Shown: positions 1-14,335, counted from the first letter of the stretch. The stretch is DNA of 64,000 nt from Octopus vulgaris (GCA_951406725.2 OX597817.1:29264001-29328000), one strand, 5' to 3'. Program-made: numbers and translations. Notes: generated by a model from the sequence alone, not told the origin.

Positions 1-826
1 GGTTAAGAACTGAAACTGGATGAACAATGTAGTTCACAAAGAACTGGTCTCCACACCAAATATGATAATGATGTGCCATATTTTTTCTAAACAAATGAGG
101 ACATATGAAACTTTTAGTTCACCATATTAGCAAATTGTTCATTAAACTGCTAGTTGAATAGTTCTATAGTTATTGATCAATCTTGTAGGGTGTGTATACT
201 TTTTTCTTTTCTCTTTCCATTACTCAATCAAATTGAAATACCACCTATGTAGACAAATCCTGCAGATAAGTTAATTGATGTTCCTAACTCGGAAACATAT
301 CCTGAATTGATCAATCAATCGACCAGGGGCCAACGTATCAATATCGGAGACAAGATGATGGTTATTAACGTGCATTGTTCTTTGCTAAGCATAAACAGCA
401 GACTGAAATTTTAGGGAAAATAGTCTGTAAACAAAGTTATGCATCATTGCAGAATTGCAAAGAAAATATGTGAAGTGGATAGAATACAATATTTTTAGTA
501 CTCAACCATATTATCAAAATCAAAACAAAGAGAAGCAATATTAATAATACAATTGAGATTTTCATTTATTGGTATATTTACACGTAATTTGTGCTTTGAG
601 ACATATTAAGCTATTTCTAAAATTCTATATATAACTCAAACAATATAGCTGAGTGAAGATCTAACAATGAAAGAAATTAAATATAAAGTTAATTAATAAC
701 ATTTAGTCATTTATATTGGCATCTATAAAGAACACAGGTAAACTCCTGGTGAGTAGAATTACTGACAGTTTGATTTGCTGTTGTAGCTATACTTTTTCTG
801 TTTATGTTGCAAAGCCCCTCAGTGAG

Positions 827-1059
827 AAACCTGACCATTACACAGTTCCATTTCCTTATAAATATGTAACCTTCTGCATCTATATACAATAAATATCTAT
901 TCGGTGAATACTAGATTAAAACTGAAGTTACATTTGGTAATATAAAAGTAGTATTAGTATCATAAATCACAGCCTCTCTCTATGGTATATTCTTTTTACT
1001 GGTTTCAGATATTCAAAAGTTTAGTTGAAAACATCAACCACTGTATTTATTTCAGTTTG
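827..1059 (+). repeat. 233-bp segment duplicated at 1919-2151
   Basis: AAACCTGACCATTACACAG...TATTTCAGTTTG occurs at both positions with only a few substitutions. Confidence 0.9.
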
Positions 1060-1219
1060 ATACTTACTTTAACAATCTATATTTATTGAATTGCTAAGTA
1101 AGGCTCTTATTCTCATGGCTCTGGTCAAACTTTTTAAAACAATGTTGTTTTATTTTACATAATGCAGACATAGGTACACATATTCAGATACATACATGTA
1201 TGTGCATATTCATGCATGC

Positions 1220-1500
1220 ATACCTACCTACCTGCCTGCCTATCTACCTACCTACCTACCTTCTTTCCTTCCTACCTATCTACTTACCCACCTACCTTCC
1301 TACCTACATACCTACCTCGATACGTACCTACCTATCAACCTATCTACCTACCTACTTACCTATCTACAAACCTAGATAGATAGATAGATAGGTAGGTAAA
1401 TAGATAGATAGGTAGATAGATAGATAGATAGATAGATAGGTAGGTAGATAGAACGAAAGGTAGATAGAACGATAGATAGATAGACAGACAGACAGACATA
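1220..1500. repeat. compound tetranucleotide microsatellite (CCTA/TCTA then TAGA/GACA)
   Basis: directly visible. Confidence 0.9.
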
Positions 1501-1528
1501 TATAAATGCATAGACATGCATACAAATA

Positions 1529-2497
1529 CAGGGTGTGGGGAATAAACTGTCATCTATATTAAGGGAAAATGAAAACAAATAATGATATCTCATAATAACA
1601 GATATATTTACCAAAATTACAAAACAAATATCTTATTGCCTTCAACCATGGCCTCCATATGACTTCAGAATCTCCTGCAACTCTTCTGGAGGGTCTCCTT
1701 GTTTAAGGTGGTGAATGCTGCCATAATCCTTGTCTTCAGTCCATCTTTGGTGTTACAAGGAGTTTTATTGGTCTCGTGCTCAACTGCACTTCACACATAA
1801 TAATCAAGAGGGTTGCAGTCTGGGGGTGTTAGGGGTGATGTGGTTGCAGAAATTGTCAACCAGCCATCAGTGGTTTCTCCTGCTTGTGTGGCATGGTGCA
1901 GAGTCCTGTTGCCAGACAAAACCTGACCATTACACAGTTCCATTTCCTTATAAATATGTAACCTTCTGCATCTATATACAATAAATATCTATTTGGTGAA
2001 TACTAGATTAAAACTGAAGTTACATTTGGTATTACAAAAGTAGTATTAGTATCATAAATCACAGCCTCTCTCTATGGTATATTCTTTTTACTGGTTTCAG
2101 ATATTCAAAAGTTTAGTTGATAATATCAACCACTGTATTTATTTCAGTTTGTGGGAAGACGAATGGAGGCATAAAGTCACCATCACTAGTGATCACTCCA
2201 AACACCATGTTGTTGACTGGATGTTTGATTTTTATCACTCCCAGTACATGTCCTCAAATTGTACTGTCATCAAATTGACACTCAAACACTCTGAAATGTT
2301 CATATTGGAGCTTCTGGTGTGAATGCCAAGCAGTACGGCATGTCATTTTCAAATTTCTGGCAGAGTGAACTGCGTTTTTCTCACAGATGGTGCCCAACTG
2401 ACCCTACTATACTTTGTAGTTGACAAAATCAAAAACAAACACTGTGCATGCGTAAAATTGAAAATATAAATAGCGACAATTTACCAACCACACCCTG
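1529..2497 (-). mobile_element. decayed Tc1/mariner-superfamily DNA transposon with TIRs, interrupted by a captured local segment
   Basis: TA|CAGGGTGTGG at 1527 and CCACACCCTG|TA at ~2499; 1630-1915 is the reverse complement of the transposase C-terminus at 7880-8140. Confidence 0.8.
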
Positions 2498-4032
2498 TAT
2501 ATATGTGCTTTAGTGTGTCATATTAAAGACATGACTATATTTGAGTTAGATCTTTTTTTTAAGGATTTTTCATATTCCATCCATTTCTCTTTATGTTTAG
2601 TATGGAACAATAGAGTTCCTAAATCCATTAATTCATTAAAGTTACAAAATCATCCTTGTTGCAATATCAGATTGAAGTAATGGTAATAAGAGCATGTTGT
2701 TTGCTTACTTTCCACTTGGTTCTAAAAGGATCATAGAATACTATTATAACTAACAAACTTGCCAGAGCCAGTTTTGTACACAGTGATTAAGTCCTCATAG
2801 ATTTCACATTTAATTCTATGTGTGATATATTTGGCTGTTAATGTCCGGCGCGTATTTCTGCTTTTAGTAAAGTTTTTGTAAAGTGTTTAGTAAAGCTATT
2901 AGAATACAATATGCAACAGACTTAACTGCAGTATTAGTATTTAGTAAAGCTATTAGCATACAATATGTATTAACCCTAACTACAAACTTATAGTTTGTGT
3001 GAGAGAATATATTACAAAAACACCAGAATGAAAAATATTTGCAATGACATGAAACCACAGACTAGTAAACCACAGAGCATGCTTTAGGCAACCAATGTAA
3101 TACATGAATTTTAATGTATATAAGTAAGTTGTTAAACTTCAGGAGTGAAACTTTTACATCAGATACACAAGTGTAATATTTTCTCATTGACTGGCCTGCA
3201 TTTATGAAAAAGGGCTATAGTAACTCATTACAAAAATGGCTACAAAACAAAATTAAATAGAAAATAAGTTGACAGAATGGTGTTTTATATAGAATTATAT
3301 AGAATGAGAAGAATAACTATAGAAGTTATGATAATAGTAGAATATAAACTATGAGTTAACAATCTGATGCATTGCAAGTAAAATTATTTTGGAATCTACC
3401 AGCACTTAAGTGTTGCCTAATTTTTAAATATAGCACTGTTTATTTTATGCGGTACAAGAGTATTCTCATAATCTTTTATGATTTGCTGCAAAATATGTGA
3501 ATGGATATTATTACCATTCCATCAGTCTGAGGATTTGATTGGGAATGTCTTGAAGCATTAATGGACTAATAGATTTCCAAATACCACTGTTCCAAACTAA
3601 ATATAAAAGACTAATGTGTCTTTAATATAACGGGTTTGAAATAAAAGGTGTTTTTTTTTCCCTTAAACACACACACACACACACACAAAATGGTCTTTGA
3701 AACAATTTCCAGCCACCAAATACCCCTCTCATGGTACAATTTAGACAGAAATTGAGATTCAGTCAAAACTGTTTATTTGAATTATTTACATCAGTAACCA
3801 TGAATATGAACATTTGAATAAATTCATAAACTTATTTCAAACCTGTTTTGTCAAAGACACTCTGATCAAACAAACCTGATATATTTTTCAGGCAGTATTG
3901 AAAACATCCAATATACCCTTTGTTTTTAATGGTTAGAATAATTTGAGGGAGATTTTGCTGCTGTTTCTAGCATTTCTACCAAGTTCATAAAAGTCCAGTT
4001 ATTGACTCAAAATAACAAATATTTAAAGTTAT

Positions 4033-4425
4033 TTTCTACTCTAGACACAAGGCCCGACATTATTGGGGAGTGGGCCAGTCAATTAGATTAACCCCAGTAT
4101 GCAACTGTCACTTGATTTATCAACCCTGAAAGGATGAAAGGCAAAATCGACCTTGGTGGAATTTGAACTCAGAACGTAAAGGCAGACAAAATACCTATTT
4201 CTTTACTACCCACAAGGGACAAAACACAGAGAGGACAAACAAGGACAGACAAACAGATTAAGTCGATTATATCGACCCCAGTGCATAACTGGTACTTATT
4301 TAATCGACCCTGAAAGGATGAAAGGCAAAATCGACCTTGGCGGAATTTGAACTCAGAACGTAAAGACAGATGAAATACCACTAAGCATTTCACCCGGTGT
4401 GCTAACATTTCCGCCAGCTCGCCGT
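4033..4425 (-). mobile_element. tRNA-derived SINE family 1 (core CCTTTCATCCTTTCGGGGTCGAT, Meta-domain-like), dimeric
   Basis: - strand head GGCGAGCTGGCGGAAATG and B box GAGTTCAAATTCC; many copies in the window. Confidence 0.85.
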
Positions 4426-5085
4426 CTTTAACAAATGCTTAAAATTCCCAACACTGTTGGATTATGTTTTGTAGTTATTGTTTCATAGCCCTAAGTCAAC
4501 CACAAGGGACAAAACACAGAGAGGACAAACAAGGACAGACAAACAGATTAAGTTGATTATATCGACCTCAGTGCGTAACTGGTACTTATTTAATCGACCC
4601 TGAAAGGATGAAAGGCAAAATCGACCTTGGCAGAATTTGAACTCAAAACGTAAAGACAGATGAAATACCACTAAGCATTTCACCCGGTGTGCTAACATTT
4701 CTGCCAGCTCGCCGTCTTTAACAAATGCTTAAAATTCCCAACACTGTTGGATTATGTTTTGTAGTTATTGTTTCGTAGCCCTAAGTCAACCACAAGGGAC
4801 AAAACACAGAGAGGACAAACAAGGACAGACAAACAGATTAAGTTGATTATATCGACCTCAGTGCGTAACTGGTACTTATTTAATCGACCCTGAAAGGATG
4901 AAAGGCAAAATCGACCTTGGCGGAATTTGAACTCAGAACGTAAAGACAGATGAAATACCACTAAGCATTTCACCTGGTGCGCTAACATTTCTGCCAGCTC
5001 GCCATCTTTAACAAATGCTTAAAATTCCCAACACTGTTGGATTATGTTTTGCAGTTATTGTTTCGTAGCCCTAAGTCAACCACAA
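4210..5085. repeat. three tandem ~290-bp units, each a family-1 SINE plus unique flank
   Basis: CACAAGGGACAAAACACAGA recurs at 4211, 4501 and 4791. Confidence 0.9.
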
Positions 5086-5967
5086 TCAAAGACAACCTCT
5101 GATCAAAAACATTCCATTCATAGTCGTGTTATGTTGTTTTTCAGACAGTGTATCTAGGATCACAATATCCAGTGTATCCTTTCTTTTTTAAGAATCAGTG
5201 TAAATGCAGTGATACATATTAATGTATGGAGTGTTGTTCATATGTGCTTTATTTATTCTCCAGATCTTTGCTATGTTATATTTTACAACAATTCTGCGGC
5301 CATTTAGAATATTATTTTCTTTAGTGTTTCTGGGGAGCTCAGTTACAACTCTTTTTATTTATGAACACTTTTTCCATATAATTGCAATATCATGTGAGAT
5401 TTGACAGTTGTTTGAACAGGGCTGGGTTTCTTTTTTTTTTTTTTTTTTACACTCAGTGGATGTGTTATATTTGAATGATTTACCAATATCCTCTGTAACT
5501 AAATTTGTGAATGCAATCACAATGAATAGTGCTTTTGGTCTATTCATCAGGACAAGTCTCTCTGCAAATTTTATTATGCACTATTTTTGCTAACATCATG
5601 CCTCATAGGAAGGGAATACTTCATTATTGTTTGAGCTGCTGAATATATTGGTAATATCTTCTACACTAGCTTAACACAACCAACATTTTCTATTGCACTA
5701 TTGTGGCTTGGAGGTGTCTCTGTCTTTTACATTAACCAACTATTTCTGATACTGGACAGCAAAGCCATATGTTTCAACTTATAATGTAATATATTTGTCA
5801 CAAGACTTCTCTTGTCTATATTATGTGCCATATCCTAATTTGTGGATATAAACTTATGCATAACTTTCTGTGGTGAGTTTTAGAGAATTTTATCTTTGTA
5901 TCACCAAGTTTGCCTGGACTTACTTTTGATATGTAAAATGTATAGTAGATCTGTAGTAAAGTGCTGT

Positions 5968-5993
5968 GTACATACATACATATATATATATAT

Positions 5994-6042
<49 letters not shown>

Positions 6043-6151
6043 CATATATATATATACACATACATACATACATATTACATACATATATATACACATACAT
6101 ACATACATATTACATACATATATATACATACATACATATATATATATATAC

Positions 6152-6216
<65 letters not shown>

Positions 6217-6318
6217 TACATACATACATATATATACATACATACATACATACATATACATACATACATACATATATACATACATATATATACATACATA
6301 CATACATACGTATATACA

Positions 6319-6349
<31 letters not shown>

Positions 6350-6581
6350 ATACATACATATATATATATACATACATATATATATACATACATATATATA
6401 TATACATACATATATATATACATACATATATATATATACATACATATATATATACATACATACATACATATACATACATACATATACATACACACACACA
6501 TACATATACATACATACATACACATACATACGTACATATACATACATACATATACATACATACATATACATATATATATAT
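5968..6581. repeat. (TA)/(CATA) compound microsatellite
   Basis: directly visible; explains the spurious ORFs. Confidence 0.95.
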
Positions 6582-7879
6582 AAACTGAATTACTTAATGC
6601 AATTTGTGAGACTGAAGTTAAAATAGCAGATACAAAACTGGACAAATGTGTAAATCTTCAGTTAAATACGTGTATTGTTGTGTATATCTAAACTAACATG
6701 TGTAAATATACACAAATATTCCATATATGTATTTATTGTATATATTATAGTTGTGTATGTGTGATTGTGTATTTGTAATTTATATATTGTGTTATTGGCA
6801 TTTTATAGTCACTTATATTCCTAATGGTTTTCTTTCAATATATTATCAACAAGAATGTACTACACAGATAACTGTTGATAGGCTATAAACGACAATGTTT
6901 AAAACGATAGCTTTTGAAAAATCACAGTGGACAACATTTTTTTCCTGAGTCATCCAGAAAACTCAGAACACCTAGACAAGACTGGAAATAAAATGTTATG
7001 ATTAACCTTTGAACACAAAGGCAGGCATCAAAACTCTCCAGATAAAAATTGTTATCCCTCTGGCTGCTTTACAAAGTTTTAATCACATCATTCGTACTTA
7101 TTTCGTTTATATGGACAAGATGAAAGACCAAATTTAACCTTCCAGAGCTGATACTTGATATCTTTGAGAACTAATTTTATTACTAAGATTTAAAGCTAGA
7201 GGATAAAAACTGAACTAAATGCTTCCTATAATTTGAAATCTTTGAGTTCTGTATTCAAATTGAAGTTTGACTTCAATCATTTACAGTTAATAAATTAAAT
7301 ACCTGTAATACTCTGGGATCCACTCACTCAGTTTACAATATTTTCCTCTTCAGAGAAACTGTTCTTGTCAATGCTGTTTAACCCTATGTCAGCTCTACTA
7401 AATTAGATATATGGTTAACGGCATTCCAGCCATAACCATCTTATCCATTTCCTAAATGCATCGAACCTAGGACCACATTATTCAATGTTCTTGTCTACCT
7501 TTTCTTATTAGCAACAGAAGCAGTATTAATACCAAAAGTTAGTTTTTATATCTCGCTAGGCATCGGTGTTTTGGTAAAATGCCAAATGTTGCAGTATCCA
7601 CCTTGTGAGGACATCTCATGTGGATGTCTGGGGCATAAAGTCACATTTATTTATATCATTGGCAAATGAAAATCGTCAGCTATGGGAGCCAGAGCTACAA
7701 GATCACACAATTTCAATGTACTCAGTCTCTTCAGAGACAGACACCCTAGCTATATACCAGCTGAGATCCCAGTGAGATCGAATTTCAGTGACTTTTCAGG
7801 TACTGATGTCACAAACAGTCTGTAGGGTTTATGGGTGCAGACATGGTTGTGCGATTAAAAAGGCTGCTTCCTCACTGAC

Positions 7880-8263
7880 CCAGGCAGACAATTTCTGTGA
7901 CCACATTCCCCTAGCATCTGGCCACCTAACTCCCCAGACTGCAACCCCCTTGATTATTATGTGTGGGGCACAGTTGAGCGAGAGACCAACAAAATTCCTT
8001 GTAACACCAAAGATGAACTGAAGGCAAGGATTATGGCAGCATTCACCAACTTAAACAAGGAGACTGTCCAGAAGAGTTGCAGGAGATTCTGAAGTCATCT
8101 GGAGAACGTTGTGGAAACCAATGGGGATTTTATTGAATAAATTTACTGTTTAGTATTTCAAGATATATTTTTGTAATGTTGGTAAATACATCTGTTAAAA
8201 TGAGATGTCAGTGTTATTTTCATTTTTGTGTAATTTAGATAAGAGTTTATTCACCGCACCCTG
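7880..8263 (+). mobile_element. Tc1/mariner transposase 3' fragment with right TIR
   Basis: translates WPPNSPDCNPLDYYVWGTVERETNK...; ends CACCGCACCCTG|TA. Confidence 0.85.
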
Positions 8264-8321
8264 TATTTATTTTATATTTTATTTAGTTTCAGCTCACAAG
8301 CTGTGGCCATGCTGGGGCACC

Positions 8322-8363
<42 letters not shown>

Positions 8364-9449
8364 TGAAAACAGATGACTGGAACCTGGTACTGCTCTCCAG
8401 TTATCACTTCTGGTCAAAGTTTCTAACTCATACCAGCATGAAAAACATTTTAAATGATGATGATGACGATGATGATGATGATATATAAATACATACATAT
8501 CTATATACATATATGTGTGTGCATGTCTTATTGGCTCCTTGTTTTCACATCGAGGAATAGCTGCCACTATCATGCAAGCAGTATCCCTTATTCCCAATCT
8601 TTCCAATCTTAAGTCAAGAGGAAATATTCCCTTACTTGGAAACAGGTGAGGGTTAACAACAAGAAGGACATCCGGCTGTAGAAAATCCACCTCAACAAAC
8701 TTTGTCTGATCCATATAAGCATAGAAAAGTGGAAGTTATTATGATTATGATAATATCAGTTGATTTCTTTGAGGCACAACTTTCCTCTCATACACTAGTT
8801 TCCATGCAAATTTACATCAAATACTTTCAGTATTCTCTGTAGTATGCAGTATCATACACCTTGACTATACTTTCTTGCCTGTCTTTCGTATAGAAATAGA
8901 AAAGTTTTGTTCTTTCAATAAAGTAGCAAATACCTCAATTTCTTACTTTACATAAGAATTTTTATGACTATTAAAAAGAAGATATTTCTAGCATCATAGA
9001 TTGGATCAGAAAATATAAAATATGTGAATAATTAAAATGCCAAGACAGATCTAGATTAACATTATTTTCTTTGCATAGCTTTGTCATTCTATTTTAAGTT
9101 GATATTTATGTGTACACGTGAATGTGAAATTTGTTTGTCTAAAGAAAAAAATGTACAGATATTAAGTAATTGTAACTTCTTTTGACATTTATGTTTCAAG
9201 ATTACAAAATATATTTAGTTGAACAATTCTGAAATAATCAGTATCAACATTATTAAGGGGAAAAAGTGACAAAAATGTTAAACTTCTTTATAATAATGAT
9301 TGAATGAAACTGAACCTGTCTTTCAAAGAATATTTGTAGGATTAAGTTGAAAATATTATATTTACTTTCTTAAGTATAATTATCATACACTCAAATGTAA
9401 TTTCATATGATTTCAGATAGAGGATATCTAATATCAATGATTGATGCTT

Positions 9450-9802
9450 CCGAAGATCTTTGAAATGATTAACTTGGAGATCAGGGAATCTCTCCATGTT
9501 GAACTACTATTGATCTACATTGGAAGGTCACAGCTCCAGTTCTATGAACATGTAACTAGAATGTTAGAGGAAACAACTGCAAGATGGATTTTTCCAGCTA
9601 TGCTAACTGACAAAAGACCTTGTAAGAGACCAAGAATGAGACGTTTGCATAATATCCCTAGTTTCAGTTGGTTGTGCTTGGGGATCTAGGAAGAGAGTGT
9701 AATAATGTTGGCTTTTGACAAAGCCCAAAAGAGTAGATGCTTGTGAACTCTAATATAACAACCTTTTCAGGAATAGTGGACATAGAAATGGAAGGATGGA
9801 TG
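9450..9802 (+). mobile_element. decayed RTE-clade LINE ORF2 3' fragment
   Basis: RSQLQFYEHVTRM...KRPCKRPRMR resembles the RTE C-terminal LRWxGHVxRM...RPRGRP motif. Confidence 0.65.
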
Positions 9803-9919
9803 TTTCCTACAAAATGGGAATGGAGAAAGTGCTGTGAATTACAATTCTGGACTACTCATCTCACAAACTATGTTCAAAACTTTGTTTTAGGCACTGTTTA
9901 ATGCCTTTGCTTGCCTTAA

Positions 9920-10142
9920 CCCTTTCGTTACTAACCCGGCTAAAACTGGCTCTGGCTCTGTGTACAAATGTTTTGTTTTCACAAGTTTTGAATTAAGATC
10001 TTCTACCAAACCTTAGTCACAATTTATGTTCCTAACACTAGTTGAATGATAACTAAGTTATTTTACTAAATTCTTTGTTATATTTAAAGTAATTGAAAAA
10101 AAAAACACTGAGCATCTCAAAATAAATACAGTAACGAAAGGG
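9920..10142. mobile_element. piggyBac-type MITE
   Basis: perfect 13-bp TIR CCCTTTCGTTACT/AGTAACGAAAGGG with TTAA on both sides. Confidence 0.85.
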
Positions 10143-10279
10143 TTAATGTTTGCCTGGGAGCAGGTTCCCTGTTATTTTACTATGGTGTGGTTTGTGGCAG
10201 GAAATGCATTTTATCTTCATAACTGCCACAGCTGTTATTGATTTTTCTCACCTTCATCAATGGTCAAATACTCCACATG

Positions 10280-10520
10280 CTATAGTATAGCATACCATTC
10301 ACTAAAGAATTTTTATGGAGCAGAATGTCTATTGTAGGCTTGGTGATACCCACTGAGTACAATTTGGGTCAAGAAGGTTCTACTACAAAGACCACATGGG
10401 AAGGTGGACTGGCCACAGTTGGTCATAGTATCCTTGTTTCTCCTTCTTTTTCTCTTGTCTGTAATAAAGAGGGGGTTGCCATAGCTGTCTTTGATCATAA
10501 GTCTCTTCAATCAAGTTTGA
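10280..10520 (-). mobile_element. RTE/BovB-like LINE 3' end fragment
   Basis: RKRRR...FPCGLCSRTF...H terminal Cys/His motif. Confidence 0.5.
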
Positions 10521-10734
10521 TCTAAGTTTAATCAGCAACAACTTACATCTCTGAATGTTCAAAAATCAAATTTACTTAATTTCAAAAGCAAATTTCATAC
10601 TTTCAAAAGATTATATTTCACTAGAACCAGCTTGAAGAGGGAAAAATTTTTTACAATCAAACACACACACACATACACTCAAACACTTTAAACCCCGCCA
10701 CACACACATATGCATACAAATACACACACATGGA

Positions 10735-11119
10735 TGGAAGCACTCCGTCGGTTATGACGACGAGGGTTCCGGGTGATCCGAATCAATGGAACAGCCTGCT
10801 CGTGAAATTAACGTGTAAGTGGCTGAGCACGCCACAGACACGTGCACCCTTAACGTAGTTCTCAGGGATATTCAGCGTGACACAGAGAATGACAAGGCCG
10901 GCCCTTTGAAATACAGGTACAACAGAAACAGGAAGAAAGTGTGAGAGAAAGTTGTGGTGAAAGAGTACAGCAGGGATCACCACCATCCCCTGCCGGAGCC
11001 TCGTGGAGCTTTAGGTGTTTTCGCTCAATAAAAACTCACAACGCCCGGTATGGGAATCGAAACCGCGATCCTATGACCGCGAGTCTGCTGCCCTAACCAC
11101 TGGGCCATTGCACCTCCAC
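10735..11119 (-). mobile_element. tRNA-derived SINE family 3, inserted in a (CA)n tract
   Basis: - strand head GTGGAGGTGCAATGGCCCAGTGG and B box GGTTTCGATTCCC. Confidence 0.8.
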
Positions 11120-11379
11120 ACACACACATACATGTATGTATATATTAGTACATCCATGTTTGTGTAAGTGTGTGTGTGCATGCATATTTCTAATTGTTTG
11201 TTGTTAGTTCTTAACTCTTTAGAATTTAAGCCAGCCACATCAGATCCAAATATTCAACCAGTTTTATGTTATTCTAAATATAAGTAATCATATCCTTTAA
11301 ATCTCAAAACTACAAGAAAATGTGTGATTAATTCAAAACGATGTGAATAAATAAGCATTACATTTAAAAATGTAATCAA

Positions 11380-11915
11380 CATCATCCTCATCGTCACTTA
11401 ACATCTGCTTTCCATGCTGGCATGAGTTGGACGGTTTGACTGAGGGCTGGCAAGCTAGAAGGCTGCATCAGGCTCCAATCTGATCTGGCAAAGTTTCTAC
11501 AGCTGGATGTCCTTCCTTACACCAAACACTCCGACAGTGTAGTGGGTGCTTTTTATATGTCACTGGCATGAGGGCTAGTCAAGCACTACTGGCATCGGCC
11601 ACACTTCAATGGTACTTTTTGTGTGCCACCAGCATGGGAGTCAGTCAGGTGGCACTGGCAATGACCACACTCGAATGGTGCTTTTTACGTGCCATTGGCA
11701 TGGGAGCCTGTCTGGCAGCACTGGCAATGACCACACTCGAATGCTGCTTTTTACGTGCTACTGGCATGGGAACTGTCAGGCGGCACAGGCATTGACCATG
11801 CTCGAATTGTGCTTTTTACATGTCACCAGCATGGGTGCCAATCAGGCAGTACTGACTTCTATGACTTCACTCAACAGGTCTTCGCAAGTCCAGTTTATTG
11901 CCCAATGGATGATGA
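11380..11915 (-). mobile_element. RTE-like LINE 3' UTR fragment with ~70-bp internal tandem repeats and (GAT)n tail
   Basis: same family at 26455-26740 (+), 27925-28105, 31845-32125, 32690-32800 and 54283-54468 (-); linked to RTE coding sequence at 49800-50960. Confidence 0.7.
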
Positions 11916-12225
11916 TGGTTCAAGTCAAAGATTGAATGTCTATAATGAAAAATAAATTTACATGAGATACTAGAGCATATAATATAATAAGTTCACATAA
12001 TCACTGATGGAGGGTCTCTCGTCATAGAAATTATGCCAAAGAAGACACTGGAGAATGAGACAGTCTTGTGAGGTAGCAGATTCTTTTAAACTGTCCTGTC
12101 CATATGTACATGGAAACTGGGTACCAAATAATGATAATGATGATATGATGATGATGATATAATATAGTATTTATATTTCTAACATAGGGTGCAAAATGGC
12201 TGCACACTTAAGAAATTTGCTTGAC

Positions 12226-13896
12226 AACTATATGGCTTTGGATTTGATCCCAGAGCCCATCACCTTAGCAATAGCCTTTTATCAGCCTTGTGTCAGCCAA
12301 AAATATCATGAATGAGATTTGGTAAATAGAAATTCTGTGGAAGCTTAACACAGCAACTGTTCCTTTTCTTGAAGAGTAGGCTCAATCCATTACTCAGTTT
12401 AACAGTACCACCTGACCTGTCGGTGCATTTAGCAGAGTCCATCCTACTGCATGCATTTAAGCTAGGTTTGTAGAGCATGGATGACTTAAGTAGTTGCAGA
12501 AGCCTTGGAAAGAGTCAGTCATTGCCATTTCCACTTTGACAATGCAATTACAAAAAGAACTGGCTAGGTATATTTAGAAGATGTGTAATACTGGAATTGT
12601 CTGAAGAAAGAGCTGCTCACTCTGTATTGATCTTCTGAAATCCAAAACAAGGAATGTAATACTAAATACGAGATAGTATCAGTTATTTGTGTGATTGATT
12701 TCTGACATTGGAAAAGAGCTTCAAATTTATAGAAGAAGGGAAATAGGATTTTGTGCTGTTTATTCCTTTCTCAATAGCAATGTCAAAAAGAAACGACTAC
12801 AAGTAATCAGATTAAAAGAAGGTAAATCAGTCAGAGGGTGGAATATATTGTACTGATATGTCATTTTAAGCAATAACCTCTCAACCAATATTTGCTCAGA
12901 TAATCAATAATATCAAGCAGTTAGGGTTATGACATTATTTTAAGAATAAAATTTCTATTTCACTTTGCCAATCAATTATTCTGACATGTCTTTGCACCTA
13001 TTTAAATCTAATGAACCTATGAGGATGGAAAGAAGGGAATTCAAGCTGACCACAATTGTGTTCTTGACCAGTTTACAACTGTTGCCTTAGTAACAGTACT
13101 TTGAATCAGGGATCTCAGAATATTGCTATAGTTTCAATTCTATCAAAATCTATTTAGATTGTCATATATTTAGCGGAGAATTATATGAGAAATATCTATT
13201 TGCTGAAGATAGGTAAAATCAAATTAATGGTAACTAAGAGTCTTATCTTGTTTTGTGTGTAGGTAGAGATGGAGGAAAAATCATTAGAATAATTGTTTGT
13301 AAATGTTTGAAAATATCTGAGACTATCTGGGTAAATTATAAGGACCAAAGATCAATATTTATTTGGCTAATTCAATTTCTAATTTAAAATATATTATCAG
13401 TATTTATTTACCCACGTAAAGTATCTGACATATCAAAATGTACAAGTAACTAAAAACTATGGCTGTTCTTCTCTATCGCATATGATTTGATAATTTCTAT
13501 CATGCTTTTGCTAGTTGTTTTAGGTACTCACGTAATTAGAGGCAGCGAATGAGACCCTCATTTAGCCTTCTCACCTTTGATTCATTGGAACTATATGGCT
13601 TTGGATTTGATCCCACAGCCCATCACCTTAGCAATAGCCTTTTATCAGCCTTGTGTCAGCCAAAGTATCATGAATGAGATTTGGTAAATAGAAATTCTGT
13701 GGAAGCTTAACACAGCAACTGTTCCTTTTCTTGAAGAGTAGGCTCAATCCATTACCCAGTTTAACAATACCACCTGACCTGTAGATGCATTGAGAAGAGT
13801 CCATCCTACTGCATGCATTTAAGCTAGGTTTGTAGAGCATGGATGACTTAACTAGTTGCAGAGGCCTTGGAAAGAGTCACTCATTGCATATTTCCA
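12226..13896. repeat. ~300-bp direct repeat pair (12226-12533 and 13589-13896)
   Basis: AACTATATGGCTTTGGATTTGATCCC...GGAAAGAGTCA at both positions; near-identical ORF translations. Confidence 0.9.
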
Positions 13897-14130
13897 ATGT
13901 GATTCCCGGTAAGATAATATTCCTCATATTGTAGATGTCCAGGATGAATACTTCCATGCTCAAGGTTCATAATGGTATGATAGAGCCAGATAGTAGAAAT
14001 TGGACAAAGAGAGAAGAAGTAAGTAGAAAGAGAGACGGGTATTGTAATAGAACAGTAGAGGGTATGAGGGAAAAAGAGAAAGGAGAAGAATAATAAGTAG
14101 AGAGGTGGGGGTCAAATGTACAGAGAGATA

Positions 14131-14335
14131 TTTCTTTATTGCCCACAAGGGGCTAAACACAGAGGGGACAAACAAGGACAGACAAAGGGATAAAGTCGAT
14201 TACATCTACCCCAGTGCGTAACGGGTACTTAATTTATCGACCCCGAAAGGATGAAAGACAAAGTCGACCTTGGCGGAATTTGAACTCAGAACGTAGCAGC
14301 AGACGAAACCCAGTGTGCTAAAGCTTCTGCCAGCT
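14131..14335 (-). mobile_element. SINE family 1
   Basis: matches the family core and tail. Confidence 0.85.

Noticed and set aside
5816-6645. Long YIH/CVY-rich ORFs, also at 24.0, 37.7, 39-44 (up to 553 aa) and 51 kb
   Set aside because: Translations of TA/CA microsatellites that lack stops by composition
11045-11119. tRNA genes at SINE heads
   Set aside because: A/B boxes are fused to SINE bodies, so these are not stand-alone tRNA genes
11545-11850. ~70-bp periodic array resembling CRISPR
   Set aside because: Whole units are homologous with no unique spacers; part of a LINE 3' UTR in eukaryotic DNA
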